This document shows, piece by piece, positions 63,346-64,000 of a DNA stretch of 64,000 bases (positions are counted from its first letter, which is position 1; each line of letters begins with the position of its first letter). The position numbers were made by a program, and so were the translations under genes. Source of the stretch: Macrostomum lignano (lineage: Eukaryota); the NCBI GenBank assembly GCA_002269645.1, contig NIVC01000166.1, positions 434,001 to 498,000 of the forward strand, given 5' to 3'. The notes under the pieces are model-generated. The model was given only the letters and a program-made list of their open reading frames with translations. It was not told where the DNA came from and searched no databases.

Positions 63346-64000
63346 TGTTGTCTACTAACTGATTGACAATGTATTTTTGTTGTTGTGTTGTATGGAATTA
63401 GGCTAAGAGAAATGTGGTAATACACAAAGATTTTGCCAATGCATAGAACAGTTTAGCTTAATAAAAATGACTTAAAATTTGATACATAACCATTCAATAT
63501 ACTAATTTACCTGTCTGTTGAGTAGCATTGAACTAGGACTGATGTTTGTCATAGCAATGCAAGAAAAATAGTGAACTTATTATGGACAAGCAAGCATACA
63601 AACAAACCTTAGAGATTTAGTATATTTAGATTTGACAACAAAGATATACAATGGTACTGACTTAAAAAACCTATTGCTTTAGGTTAATAGTAGCACCAAG
63701 ACATAAAATTGGGGATATAAGTATATAATCCTAACTTGAAGTTGAATATATCAGATGTGTGATGCTCAAATGACAATTCTAGTGCTTGATGAATAACAAA
63801 GATTGTATCTTGCTTTGCTTGTTTATTTGGCTTTAAGACTTCATAAGTGATAGCAAGGCTTGTAACAAGATTATAAAGCTAGGGCACTTTATATATTGGC
63901 AGTGCTTATCCCCACGGTACCGCAGGAACAATTTCTGTCCCATTCCAACGGTACCGTGCGAATAATTTTCTGCTTATCCGCACGGCACACTGACGAGATA

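Noticed and set aside
63899-64000. CAGTGCTTATCC start with repeated CACGGTACCG, possibly a transposon end
   Set aside because: Cut off by the window edge; cannot be verified.

Overview
Intron-containing animal DNA with very many tandem repeats. GT-AG introns filled with minisatellites, an interstitial (TTAGGG)n tract, tRNA-derived SINEs and RTE-like LINEs resemble the flatworm Macrostomum lignano; this species assignment is inference only. Genes reconstructed by hand: TEDC1 (+, 5 exons); a frameshifted secreted PAN-like/LamG-like gene (+); a 2-exon Ser/Thr kinase (+); an IQ-like-motif exon (-); an adenosine-receptor-like GPCR (+, 2 exons); an SLC1/EAAT glutamate transporter (+, 9 exons, 42.4-56.8 kb) whose last intron holds an antisense intronless MGAT1-like glycosyltransferase; and MPDU1 and ATPAF2 (both -). 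Mobile DNA includes two hAT transposase relics, hAT MITEs, SINEs and a decayed LINE. An 8-9 kb GATA-rich block is tandemly duplicated, with a 12-bp microhomology at the junction. Most interesting signal: ATPAF2 and MPDU1 lie head-to-tail, and each reading frame starts in phase 0 right after a splice acceptor with no ATG of its own for the N-terminal segment. This fits an operon whose start codons come from the AUG-terminated flatworm spliced leader. Also notable: an NMDG->NMNG change in the EAAT Na3 site, loss of Arg3.50 in the adenosine-like receptor, and a second, C-terminal membrane anchor on the nested GT13 enzyme.
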